DNA of 64,000 bases from an uncultured bacterium. Its GTDB lineage: Bacteria > Actinomycetota > Actinomycetes > S36-B12. How positions within the stretch are numbered: the stretch's first letter is position 1; each line of letters starts with the position of its first letter. The stretch spans positions 42,963 through 106,962 of the forward strand of contig CAVOWW010000023.1 in NCBI GenBank assembly GCA_963700255.1, given 5' to 3'. The position numbers and the translations under genes are program-made. The notes under the pieces are model-generated. The model had not been told where the DNA came from. It ran no database searches and worked only from the letters and a program-made list of their open reading frames with translations. This document shows positions 10,810 to 19,861 of the stretch, in pieces.

Positions 10810-12604
10810 TCACGATGACGGCCACCCCGCCTCCCACGCCATGAGCCGGGCCCGGTCCTTGGCCTGCGCGGCCTCGAGCGCGGCGTCGGTGATCACGGCC
10901 ATGTCGAACGGCGCCGGGATGAGCAGCTCGGTGTTGCGGTCGAGCGCCGTCCCGATGCGCAGGCTCGGGTTCTCCACCCAGTCGTTGGCCGCGAACTGAC
11001 GGCTGAGCCCGGCCAGCCCGATCGGGCTCAGGTCGCCGTCCCACTCCACCGGCCCGGCATGGTCGAGCGCCGTGGTGAACAGGCTGAGCGTGCCGTCGCG
11101 GTTGTCGACCACCTCGATCACCTGCTGCTGCTGGGGGTAGTCGATGCAGGAGGCGGTGGTGATCTCCCAGAAGCCGCCGATGCCGGTGGCCCGGCGGTGG
11201 GCGGTGATCGTGTTGATGTGGGTGTGACCGTTCGTCCAGGCGATGACGTTCGGGTGGTCCAGCAGCATCGCCACGAACTCCTCCGAGTGCACGAGCCGCT
11301 CCGGCTCGGTCGGCAGGGCGGCGGTGTTCTCCAGGGTGAACGAGTTGTGGTGGCTGAAGATCATGACGAGCTTGCCGTCGGCCTCAGCCTGAGCGAGGCC
11401 TGCCTTGAGCCACTCGAACTGGCTCTCGGGCATGGCGCCGTCGGGCCCGGCGATCTGGTTGCAGGTGTCGAGGCCGAAGCCGCGAACGAACGGGCCGATG
11501 TCGGCGGCCCAGTAGGTCTGGCCCGAGTCGAGGTTGGCCTGCGTGAAGCCGTGGCCGACGGGACCCGGGTTGGGCGTGGTCGTGAAGTGGGCGCTGCATG
11601 AAGTCCTGCTGCTGCAGGAGCTTGCGGTCGGGGTCGGACGTGACCGCGCGCGAGCCGTAGTGGACGCCGAGGTTGGTCGTCACGGCGTGAACCATGCGCC
11701 CCAGCGCCGACGTCTCCGACGACCAGCCCTGCACGAAGTCCGTTCCCTGCGCGATCCAGTTCCAGTACTTGCGGTCGCCCACCGCGAACGCGCGCAGCGT
11801 GGCCGGGGTCGCGAGCGTGCCGAGCCAAAGCACGTCGTGGTTGCCGTAGACGCCGTACCAGGGCACGGGCAGCCCGCCGCCGTCGACCTCCTGGCTGACC
11901 GCTGCCGCGAGCAGGCCCGGGACCGTCGGGAAGCCGTAGTTGCCGAACCAGTCCGCCGCGGGGTTCTCCGGGTGGTACGCGTAGTACGCCTCGTCCCACA
12001 CCTGCACGCCCTCGTACACGCCGACCGCACCCGAGTTGGGCGTGATCGGCACGCCGTCGAGCAGGTCGACGTACCAGCGGGTCTCGTGCTGGCTGAGCAT
12101 GTCGGCCGAGTCACCGGTGACGACGGCCGCAGCGAGCGGGGCACCCGTCACCTGGCTGATGCGCAGGTCGGAGATGCTCGTCACCATCGCGGCCGCCACG
12201 TGGGTGGTCAGCGTCTCGTGGGGGTGGAACGCACTCGCCCACGTCGAGTGGTCCTGCGCGATCATCGGCTCGAGCCGGGCCGGGCTCTGTGCATCCATCA
12301 GGTGCATGTCCGACAGGTGCCCGATGTAGAGGATGGACCGGCGGCGCGTCTCCCGCGCCGGGTCGGGGATCTGGCCGATGAGGTCGAGCCGGGCGAAGTG
12401 CGGCTCGCCGTCACGGGTGAGCAGGTGTCGGTACCGCTTGTTGACCTCGGGGCCGATGGCGATGGCCTGCTGCAGGGTGCTGGTGCCCTCCCCCAGCGCG
12501 GCTGGTGCGGCGAGCACGCTGCCGAGCGCCTGCTTCGGGATCGCCCACGCAGCGGACAGCCCGGCGACGGTAGCGAGGAACGCGCGTCTGCTGAGGCCGG
12601 GCAT
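10810..12604 (-). pseudogene. Tat-exported metallophosphoesterase (TIGR03767-like), split by a frameshift near 11594
   Basis: The N-terminal part (frame of ORF 11384-13132) has the Tat signal MPGLSRRAFLATVAG and the motifs GHLSDMHLMD, VTGDSADM and YGNHD. The C-terminal part (ORF 10810-11433 and its upstream extension AHFTTTPNPGPVGHGF…) has SHHN and NGHTH. The two frames meet at …DFMQ|AHFTT…. Confidence 0.75.
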
Positions 12605-12696
12605 AGGTGGAGTATTCCTGCTCGGGTCACCGAGGTCTGCCAGCTGGTGGGGGTGTCGCCGTCGTTTCGCCCACGTACCGCCGAGCGAGGGGGCCG

Positions 12697-13125
12697 CTAG
12701 TCCGCGTCCCTCGCGTTGCGCAGCCGCTTGGTCTGCCCGCGGGCCTTCTTCGCCTTGATCCGCTTGTCGACCGCGGAGCGGCTCGGCTTGGTGGCGCGCC
12801 GCGCCTTGGGCGGCGGGGCCATCGCCCGGCGCAGCACGTCGGCGAGCCGCTGCTCGGCAGCCTTGCGGTTCTGGAACTGGCTGCGCTGCTCCGATGCGGT
12901 GATCGTCAGGCAGCCGTCCTGCAGCCTGGCGCCTAGTCGCTCGATGGCCCGCTGCCGGAAGTGCTCGGGGATGCTCGGGCTCGACGCCACGTCGAAGATG
13001 AGCTGCACGCGGGAGTCGGTGGTGTTGACACCCTGGCCGCCGGGACCGCCGGCTCGGGAGAACTTCCAGGTGAGCTCGTGCGCGGGGATGACGACGCCGC
13101 CGCGGATGTGCAGGGTGTCGTCCAT
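12697..13125 (-). CDS. arfB: Alternative ribosome-rescue factor ArfB (peptidyl-tRNA hydrolase, GGQ domain)
   Basis: MDDTLHIRGGVVIPAHELTWKFSRAGGPGGQGVNTTDSRV… followed by a basic C-terminal tail (…KRIKAKKARGQTKRLRNARDAD). An alternative start at 13143 is possible. Confidence 0.88.
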   Translation of the reverse strand: MDDTLHIRGGVVIPAHELTWKFSRAGGPGGQGVNTTDSRVQLIFDVASSPSIPEHFRQRAIERLGARLQDGCLTITASEQRSQFQNRKAAEQRLADVLRRAMAPPPKARRATKPSRSAVDKRIKAKKARGQTKRLRNARDAD

Positions 13126-13212
13126 GTGCCAAGGATGACGCATCCCCTGCGTGACCTCTGCGGCGCTTGCCGGGCTGGCGGGCGCTAGGTTCGGCGGCGG
13201 AAGGAGGAGAGC

Positions 13213-13689
13213 ATGGGCGAGACGACCGGCACGTCGGGCCTCGAGCTGCACTGGCCGATCAAGCGCAGCTTCATCCGCTACGTGGCACGCATGACTGACG
13301 GCCAGATCCTCGGTGGGCGTGGCGTGCGGCTCGTGGACGCGAGCACCTTCGTCTTCCCCTCCGAGCCGACCGACGACGCCGAGCTGCTGACGTTCGGCGG
13401 CGAGGTCCGCCTGCAGGCGCATGGGGGTGCCCTCGCCGTCCGTCTCGCAGATCCCCGAGTGGACCTGCGCGGCGCGCGAGCCACCCTGACCGTCGAGAAC
13501 CCCGAGGGCTCGGGGCCACACGTGCGGCTGGTGACGTTCGTGGCCTCGTCCTCGTCCACCGGAGTCGATCAGACGACCTGGACCGGGACCGATGTGCGGC
13601 TGACCGTCGAGGCGCTGCCCCTCTTCGGCGGGTACTACGGCGAGGACGAGCCGTTCGACGACCTCCTGATCGTGACGACCAGCGCCTGA
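13213..13689 (+). CDS. HtaA-domain protein (no signal peptide)
   Basis: …LELHWPIKRSFIRYVARM… matches the HtaA-domain opening motif (L-x-W-x-x-K-x-SF-x-x-Y). The protein is 158 aa and GGAGGAG lies upstream of the ATG. Confidence 0.65.
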   Translation: MGETTGTSGLELHWPIKRSFIRYVARMTDGQILGGRGVRLVDASTFVFPSEPTDDAELLTFGGEVRLQAHGGALAVRLADPRVDLRGARATLTVENPEGSGPHVRLVTFVASSSSTGVDQTTWTGTDVRLTVEALPLFGGYYGEDEPFDDLLIVTTSA

Positions 13690-13710
13690 CCGCACCGCCC
13701 AAGCTCGGGC

Positions 13711-13989
13711 TCAGCCGCCTCGAGCCCTGTGCCAGCGCGAGTACACGTCGCGACGGTGCCCGAGGGTGACGATCACCACGACGAGCACGTCGTCGCGAAC
13801 CTCGTAGATGATCCGGTAGTCACCGATGCGCACGCGGTAGGCCGGGGTCCCTGCCAGGCGCCGTGATGCGGGTGGTCGCGGGTCCTCAGCCAGCAGCAGG
13901 ATCGCCGCCTCGAGACGCCCGCGCATCGCGCCGGTGACCTTCCGCAGCGCTCGCCTCGCGGCGGGCTCCACCTCGATGCGATACGTCAC
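13711..13989 (-). CDS. RelE/ParE family type II toxin
   Basis: MTYRIEVEPAARRALRKV…YRVRIGDYRIIYEVRDDVLVVVIVTLGHRRDVY is the canonical RelE/ParE pattern. It overlaps the antitoxin stop by 4 nt. Confidence 0.88.
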   Translation of the reverse strand: MTYRIEVEPAARRALRKVTGAMRGRLEAAILLLAEDPRPPASRRLAGTPAYRVRIGDYRIIYEVRDDVLVVVIVTLGHRRDVYSRWHRARGG

Positions 13990-14231
13990 CAGCCCAGCTC
14001 CGCCTTCACCTGCTCCCAGGGCATGGCCGATCCGTCCTCATCGCGCGCAGCTCGATAGGCGCGCAGATCCTCGAGTTCCTCCCACGCGTCCTGGAGCTCT
14101 GCGTAGACCTCGGGCCGGACGAAGACTCCGATGGTCGTGCCGTGCCTCTGCACGAAGACCGCCTCGGCCATCGAGGTCTCGACGGCTGCAGCGAGGTTCT
14201 GACGGAAGTCACTGACGGTCATGGAGGCCAT
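13986..14231 (-). CDS. Phd/YefM family antitoxin
   Basis: M(ASM)TVSDFRQNLAAAVE…VFVQRHGTTIGVFV… is the Phd/YefM N-terminal pattern. It sits directly upstream of, and overlapping, the RelE gene. Confidence 0.85.
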   Translation of the reverse strand: MASMTVSDFRQNLAAAVETSMAEAVFVQRHGTTIGVFVRPEVYAELQDAWEELEDLRAYRAARDEDGSAMPWEQVKAELGW

Positions 14232-14401
14232 GGAAGAATCGTACGTAATGACTGTCTTTTCGTACAGATATCGACGATCGGCTCCGACGCCAGGCCGCCC
14301 AGGCGTTGGCATGGCCGGGACAGATCGGCGAAGAAAGGGGATCTGGGGGCTGGGACCGCCGATTGGTCCCGGATTCCGGGACAAACGGGGGGTGGGGGGG
14401 G

Positions 14402-15031
14402 TTACGCGCGCTGGGCGAGGAGCCAGAGGAAGGACTGCGTCCCGCCGGTGGGCGTGGTGTGCTGCTCGCGCTGGGTGTCCAGGACGGTGAACCCCTCCCC
14501 CATCGCGGCCTCGAGCTCCGCCTCGCTGTAGCGGGTGATCGGCAGTCCCGAGCACATCTCCGGTCCATCCTCGGCGAAGGTCGCGATGATGACGTGCCCG
14601 CCGTGCGGCACGCTCTCGCGCACCAGGTGCCAATAGTGCTGCTGCTCGTCGGGATCGGTGAGGAAGTGGTAGGCGGCGCGGTCATGCCACACGTCGAAGG
14701 TGCGGTCCGGCTGCCAGTCGCGGATGTCGGTGACGACCCACGTGACGGGCGCCTCGCCGATGCGCTGGTACGCGGCGTTGAGTGCCTGCTGGCTGAGGTC
14801 GACGACGGTGACGTCGCGGTGCCCGGCCTCCAGCAGCCGGTCGACCAGGCGGCTCGCGCCCCCGCCGACGTCGACCACGCTGGCGTGCAGGTCGGCCACC
14901 TGGCCGATCAGCGCGAGGCTCGTCTCGGGGGTGTCCTGGAACCACGACACGTTGGTGTCACCAATGGTCGAGTACCGGTGGTCCCAGTACTCCGCGGAGC
15001 CCAGTTCGGGCTCCGCTGCCGGATCGGTCAT
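14402..15031 (-). CDS. Class I SAM-dependent methyltransferase
   Basis: …ASVVDVGGGASRLVDRLLEAGHRDVTVVDLS… is SAM-binding motif I (DxGxGxG). The protein is 209 aa. Confidence 0.85.
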   Translation of the reverse strand: MTDPAAEPELGSAEYWDHRYSTIGDTNVSWFQDTPETSLALIGQVADLHASVVDVGGGASRLVDRLLEAGHRDVTVVDLSQQALNAAYQRIGEAPVTWVVTDIRDWQPDRTFDVWHDRAAYHFLTDPDEQQHYWHLVRESVPHGGHVIIATFAEDGPEMCSGLPITRYSEAELEAAMGEGFTVLDTQREQHTTPTGGTQSFLWLLAQRA

Positions 15032-18000
15032 GCCGCGGTGCCCGCCGGCTGCGTCTCGTCGACCGGGGCCTCCTCCACGGGCGCCTGCTCGCCGGGCAGG
15101 AGTCCGCCGCTGAGCTGGGCCTCGGCCGTCGCCGCGGCGTCGAGGGCCGCCTTCAGGCGGTCCTGAGCCTCGCCGTACGCGGCGAAGTCACCCCGGGCCA
15201 GCGCGATCTGGCCATCCTCGTAGGCGCGCTGCGCCTGCGTGATGGCGATGGCCAGGTCGGTGGCCGGATCGCCGGTCGGCTCCTCGGTCGGGGTCGGCGT
15301 GGGCGTCGGCTCGACGGGGTCGCCGTTCTCGTCGAGGGTGCCGTCGGTGAGCTTCTGGTCGGCCGTGGCATCGGGGCTGGTTCCGAACACCTTGGCCAGC
15401 GCGACGTCAAGGGTGTTCTCGAGCGCGACGTTCTGTCCGTAGCCGACGAGCACCTTGCGCAGCAGCGGGAAGCCGTCGGTCGTTGCCCGGATGTAGACCG
15501 GCTCGACGTAGAGCAGGCCGTCGTTGAACGGCAGGCTCAGCAGGTTGCCGAACTCCACCTCGGAGCCACCGCGCCGGAGCAGGGACAGCTGGCTCGACAC
15601 TGTCGGGTCGGACTCGAAGTTGTTCTGCACCTGCTGCGGCCCGGGAATGGTCGTGTTGCTCGGCAGCTGGAGCACCCGCATCGTGCCGTAGCCCTCGCCT
15701 GGTGCGGAGTCGACGGACATGAAGGCGGCAAGGGTCTGCCGTCGCTGCGGCGCGAACGTGGTCGTCAGCGAGAACGTCGGCGCCTCCTGTCCGGGCATCT
15801 GCAGCGTGAGGTAGTACGGCGGCTGGAAGACCTGCGCCGGCGAGACGGTGGGGTCATTCGGCACGATCCACACCGCGGAGCCGTTGTAGAACGTCGTCGC
15901 GTCGGTGACGTGGTACCGGCTGAGCACCGCCCGCTGGATCTTGAACACGTCCTGCGGGTAGCGCACGTGCGCCAGCACCTCGTCCGGCATGTTCTCCACC
16001 GGCTCGACGACGCCCGGGAAGGCCTTCATCCACGTCATGAGCACCGGATCGGTGGGATCCCAGGCGTACAGCGTCACTGTGCCGTCATAGGCGTCGACCA
16101 CGGCCTTGACCGAGTTGCGCACGTAGTTGGCCTGGTCGCGCGGCAGCAGGGTGCTGGGCAGGGTCCGCTGACTGACGGAGTCGCTGGTTGCGTCGCTCAG
16201 CGAGACGCGGCTGCTGTACGGGTACTCGTTCGACAGCGTGTAGCCGTCGACGACCCACTTGATGCGCCCTTCGGCGGCGATGGGGTACGGATCCTGGTCG
16301 AGGGTCAGCCACGGCGCGACCTTCTCGACGCGGGTCAGCGGATCGCGATCCCACAGGATGCGCGACTCCGAGTTGACCAGGTCGGACAGCAGGATGTTGG
16401 TGTCCTGGAACTTGGTGGCGAACAGCAGGCGCCCGAAGAGGGAGCCCATGGGCACGCCACCGGTGCCGGTGTAGGTGTTGGTCGCCTGGCCCGTCGGGCT
16501 GGCGTCGTCGGGGAAGTCGAGCTCGACCGGCGGGGTTCCCTCGGGCGCGCCGACGATGCTGTACGCGGGGCTCAGCTCGCCGAAGTACACGCGCGGCTGC
16601 GGGACGTCGAGCTCGCCGACGGCCGGGATCTCGCTCTCGAAGAAGTCCGGCTGGCCGTTGGACAGGGCCGTGTTGTCGTAGGCCGCGACCAGGCCGAAGC
16701 CATGCGTGAACACGGTCCGGTCGTTCGTCCAGTTGCGCTGGCCGTCCGGGATGCCGGCGAGGTTGATCTCGCGCACCGCAACGATCGCGCCGCGCTTTCT
16801 GCCTTCCAGGTCGTACCGGTCGACGTCGAGCTTGTTGTTGAACGAGTAGTAGCCGCGGATCTGCTGCAGCTGGTTGTACGTCGGCGACACGACCGCGGGG
16901 TCCAGCAGCCGGATGGCGTTGAGCGTGCCGGCGTTCGCGGTGAGCACCTCCGCCGTCGGCGGCGCCACCGTGCCCGGGTACTCGATGATCTCGCTGTCGG
17001 CGATGTCGTACGCGGCGCGCGTGGCGTTGATGTTGCGCTCGATGAAGGGCTGCTCGCGGACGAGCTCGCTGGGCCGCACCTGGAACTGCTGGACGATCAG
17101 CGGGTACAGGGTGCCGACGACGACGCTCGTGAGGACCAGCAGGCCCGCACCGAGGACCGGGATGACCCAGCGGCGGCGGAAGACGTTGATGAAGAAGAGC
17201 ACGGCGACCAGCACCGAGATGGCAGCCAGGATGTTGAGGGCCGGCAGCACCGCGTAGACGTCGGTGTACTTCAGGCCGGTGAAGCCGGCGACGAGCTGCT
17301 GGCTCTGCGTCGACAGGGCGAACCGGTCGAACCAGTACGACACCGCCTTCAGCAGGATGAACAGGCCGATGAGCAGGCTCAGCTGCGCCTGCGCCGCCGT
17401 GGTCGCGCGATCGCCCTTGGGCTGCAGGCGCAGTCCGCCGTAGAGGTACTGCACCGCGACGACCGACAGGATGCTCAGGAAGATGACGCCGAAGCCGAAC
17501 CCGATGAGGAAGCGGTAGAACGGCAGCTCGAACGTGTAGAACGACAGGTCAAGGCCGAACTGCGGGTCGGTGATGCCGAAGGCGGTCGAGTTGCGCCAGA
17601 GCAGGTAGGTGCCCCACTCGGCTGCCGCGGTCAGTCCGGTGAGGAAGCCGATGCCGATCGAGATGACCAGCGTCAGCCGGCGCCGGTACGGCTCGAGAGC
17701 GACCCGGTAGCGCTCCAGGCTCGCCTGCTCGGGTGTCATGCCCCGGAAGGTCGGACGGGTGCGCCAGGCGATCCACATCGACAGTCCCACGGCGAGCCCC
17801 ATGAGCGTGCCGAACACCACGAACAGCACCGCGCGGGTGACGATCGAGGTGGTGAACACCTGGGTCTTGCCCACCGACTCGAACCACAGCCAGTCGGTGT
17901 AGTACCCGGAGAAGATGACGAAGGCACCCACCAGGAGGGCCAGGACGATGATCGTGGGCAGCAGCACGCCCCGGCGACGGGGCGCCTCATCGACGTCTGC

Positions 18001-18048
18001 GCCGCCCGGTCCGCTGGGGCCGCCCATCCCGGGCATCTCGAAGGTCAC
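15028..18048 (-). CDS. UPF0182 family large membrane protein (Rv3193c-like)
   Basis: A 1006-aa protein with N-terminal multi-TM helices (…YYTDWLWFESVGKTQVF…) and a large extracytoplasmic body. This architecture is conserved in Actinobacteria. Confidence 0.85.
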   Translation of the reverse strand: MTFEMPGMGGPSGPGGADVDEAPRRRGVLLPTIIVLALLVGAFVIFSGYYTDWLWFESVGKTQVFTTSIVTRAVLFVVFGTLMGLAVGLSMWIAWRTRPTFRGMTPEQASLERYRVALEPYRRRLTLVISIGIGFLTGLTAAAEWGTYLLWRNSTAFGITDPQFGLDLSFYTFELPFYRFLIGFGFGVIFLSILSVVAVQYLYGGLRLQPKGDRATTAAQAQLSLLIGLFILLKAVSYWFDRFALSTQSQQLVAGFTGLKYTDVYAVLPALNILAAISVLVAVLFFINVFRRRWVIPVLGAGLLVLTSVVVGTLYPLIVQQFQVRPSELVREQPFIERNINATRAAYDIADSEIIEYPGTVAPPTAEVLTANAGTLNAIRLLDPAVVSPTYNQLQQIRGYYSFNNKLDVDRYDLEGRKRGAIVAVREINLAGIPDGQRNWTNDRTVFTHGFGLVAAYDNTALSNGQPDFFESEIPAVGELDVPQPRVYFGELSPAYSIVGAPEGTPPVELDFPDDASPTGQATNTYTGTGGVPMGSLFGRLLFATKFQDTNILLSDLVNSESRILWDRDPLTRVEKVAPWLTLDQDPYPIAAEGRIKWVVDGYTLSNEYPYSSRVSLSDATSDSVSQRTLPSTLLPRDQANYVRNSVKAVVDAYDGTVTLYAWDPTDPVLMTWMKAFPGVVEPVENMPDEVLAHVRYPQDVFKIQRAVLSRYHVTDATTFYNGSAVWIVPNDPTVSPAQVFQPPYYLTLQMPGQEAPTFSLTTTFAPQRRQTLAAFMSVDSAPGEGYGTMRVLQLPSNTTIPGPQQVQNNFESDPTVSSQLSLLRRGGSEVEFGNLLSLPFNDGLLYVEPVYIRATTDGFPLLRKVLVGYGQNVALENTLDVALAKVFGTSPDATADQKLTDGTLDENGDPVEPTPTPTPTEEPTGDPATDLAIAITQAQRAYEDGQIALARGDFAAYGEAQDRLKAALDAAATAEAQLSGGLLPGEQAPVEEAPVDETQPAGTAA

Positions 18049-18142
18049 CTAGCCAACCTACGACAGCCGGCCCGCCGGTGCCCCATGGGCATCCGCCTGC
18101 CGGGCTGGTCGCTCCCGTGCGTGCGGCTCTCGGTCACGGCGC

Positions 18143-19381
18143 TCAGGCCGCTTCTGCAGGGCAGGAGGGGACGGTCTGGCCGGCCGTGTACGCCTGGATC
18201 GCCGCGACGCCGTCCGTCAGCGTCTCCACCGGTGTGACGGTCAGGCCGTCCGGGATATGGCCCGTGGCCTCGACGCAGTGCTCGGCCGGCATCAGGAACA
18301 ACGTCGCACCGGCGGCACGCGCTCCGGCGAGCTTCTGGCGGATGCCGCCGATCGGCCCGACGGTCCCGTCGGGCTCGATCGTGCCCGTCCCGGCGATGTG
18401 CTCGCCCGCGGCGAGGTCCTCCTCGGTGAGCTTGTCGACGATGCCCGTGGCGAACATCAGGCCGGCGCTGGGGCCGCCGATGTCCTCGAGAGTGAAGTCG
18501 ATGGGGAATCCTGCCGAGTAGTACTCGCCGACGCCGATGCCGATGTACGGCACGCCGGCGTCCTCGGGGTTGTCGGCGGAGGTGACGCTGACGGTCTCCT
18601 CGACGTCGTCCTTGACGACCTCGGCCCCGTCAGCGGTGTCCTCGGAGAGCACGCCGTCACGGCGCACGACGATCTCGAAGGTCGTGCCGATCGGCTGCGA
18701 CCGGATCGCCTCGGCCACCTGCGTGACCTCGGTGATCTCCGTGCCGTTGATGCTGAGGATCTCGTCCCTGGGCAGCAGCACGCCGTCGGCGGGCGTGCCC
18801 TCGAACACCGCCGTCACGACGTTCTGGGTGATCACCGGGCGCTCGAGGTACGTCATCGCGGCCGCGACCGCGTTGGACTCGGAGGTGCTGAACAGCATCG
18901 CCTGCCGCTGGCGGACCTCCTCGCCGGACACGTCGTCGGGGAAGAGCAGCTCGCGCGGCACGACCGCGTCGTTGGGATCGAGCCACGAGGCGATCGCGTC
19001 GACGAAGGTGAGGCCGCCCCGCGGGCCGCCGGACTCCAGCACCGTCGTCATGTCGAGGTTGCCCGAGACGGGGAACGTCTCAGTGCCGGTGATGGTGATG
19101 ACGTCAGTGCCGTCCTCCTGGCCGATGACGTTGAACGTCGGGCCGGGGGCCAGCTTCACGAACGGCACGGGCAGCAGGAACGCGACCGCGATCAGGCCCG
19201 CGGTCACCGCACCGCTGATGATCAGGGTCCAGCCGCGTCGGGTGGGGTGCATCAGCGCCGCCCACCAGCCGGTCGCGGCCTGCTCCGCCTCGGCGTCGAT
19301 GGGGGCGTCCACCGCAGCGTCGTTCGCCGCCTGGTGCGTCGACTCGTTCGTCGACTCGCTGGTCGACTCGTCCGTACTCAC
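18143..19381 (-). CDS. PDZ domain-containing Lon-like (S16) serine protease, membrane anchored (Rv3194c-like)
   Basis: An N-terminal TM helix and central PDZ-like segment are followed by the C-terminal …IGGPSAGLMFATGIVDKL… (Ser) and …GPIGGIRQKLAGARAAGA… (Lys). These are the Lon-protease catalytic dyad motifs. Confidence 0.82.
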   Translation of the reverse strand: MSTDESTSESTNESTHQAANDAAVDAPIDAEAEQAATGWWAALMHPTRRGWTLIISGAVTAGLIAVAFLLPVPFVKLAPGPTFNVIGQEDGTDVITITGTETFPVSGNLDMTTVLESGGPRGGLTFVDAIASWLDPNDAVVPRELLFPDDVSGEEVRQRQAMLFSTSESNAVAAAMTYLERPVITQNVVTAVFEGTPADGVLLPRDEILSINGTEITEVTQVAEAIRSQPIGTTFEIVVRRDGVLSEDTADGAEVVKDDVEETVSVTSADNPEDAGVPYIGIGVGEYYSAGFPIDFTLEDIGGPSAGLMFATGIVDKLTEEDLAAGEHIAGTGTIEPDGTVGPIGGIRQKLAGARAAGATLFLMPAEHCVEATGHIPDGLTVTPVETLTDGVAAIQAYTAGQTVPSCPAEAA

Positions 19382-19384
19382 GGA

Positions 19385-19627
19385 TCAGGCCCGAGGGGTG
19401 GGTTCGGCCGGATCATCCGGAGTCGGCCCGGGACTGGCAGTGGGGTCGCTTATGCGCACGTTCCCGCTGGGCGGCATGGGTCGCTCCATCGCCTCCTGCA
19501 TGCGTCGCAGTCGCTGCATCGAGTCCTCCGCTGTGGTCGGCTTGGCCGGTCGGCTGCGCAGCATGACGAACAGGACCGCGAGGACCGTTGCCACGAGCGG
19601 GATGAGCCACCAGGCCAGGGCTGACAC
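19385..19627 (-). CDS. Small membrane protein (one TM helix), unknown function
   Basis: A GTG start lies 5 nt downstream of GAGGAG. MSALAWWLIPLVATVLAVLFVML is a TM helix. The stop lies 3 nt before the protease start. Confidence 0.6.
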   Translation of the reverse strand: MSALAWWLIPLVATVLAVLFVMLRSRPAKPTTAEDSMQRLRRMQEAMERPMPPSGNVRISDPTASPGPTPDDPAEPTPRA

Positions 19628-19855
19628 GGGACTCCTCGATCGACAGGCTGCGTTGGTGGGACGGGATCGCCCCCACAGTGGTTCCTGTCAAGAGTACGGG
19701 GTGTGTAAGGGAACCCCGTCCGGCGGCAGGTCGCCCCGCGGCCCGGTCACCGCCCCCGCGCCCCGCGCGGCCCCCGGAAAGCGACGGACCCCCGGGGCTC
19801 TCCACCGCGTTCGCCTTCCCCTTGCGAACGGGCGTGTTATCCCGGGGGTCCAACG
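19628..19855 (-). promoter_or_regulatory. Long GC-rich structured 5' leader of the small-protein/PDZ-protease/UPF0182 operon
   Basis: Nested perfect stems lie on the transcript. The outer stem pairs GGACCCCCGGG with CCCGGGGGTCC (plus-strand coordinates 19786-19796 and 19841-19851). The inner stem pairs CGTTCGC with GCGAACG (19808-19814 and 19824-19830). A further ACGGGG/CCCCGT hairpin sits at about 19695-19718. Confidence 0.5.
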
Positions 19856-19861
19856 CGCCTG

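Noticed and set aside
14377-14401. A G-rich tract (about G6-T-G8) lies directly downstream of the methyltransferase stop. It could be a G-quadruplex or a phase-variable tract.
   Set aside because: There are only two G runs, so there is no canonical four-run G4. The tract is intergenic, between a 3' end and TA-promoter-distal DNA. It sits next to ordinary GC hairpins (GTCCCGG-aat-CCGGGAC) that look like terminators.
15910-18237. Very long ORFs antisense to real genes. Examples are 15910-18237 (+), 34319-36739 (+, upstream part), 41386-42900 (+), 44544-47768 (+), 56240-59584 (+), 59675-62119 (+) and 53185-54687 (+).
   Set aside because: Their translations are Arg/Gly/Ala/Pro/Asp-rich low-complexity strings with no motifs. 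The opposite strand encodes recognisable conserved proteins. In a genome this GC-rich, stop codons are rare in all frames, so such shadow ORFs are expected.
19330-19381. A repetitive STDESTSESTNEST N-terminus in the PDZ protease, encoded by GAGTCGAC-type repeats, could be a variable tract.
   Set aside because: It is a short, imperfect, low-complexity cytoplasmic tail. There is no evidence of length variation from a single sequence, so it is not worth a finding.
19628-19855. I tried to assign the structured leader to a known RNA family: 6C, ydaO/c-di-AMP, glycine, ZTP, yybP, SRP, tmRNA or RNase P.
   Set aside because: None of the conserved core sequences I remember for these families is present. 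The element stays unclassified and is reported as a finding instead.
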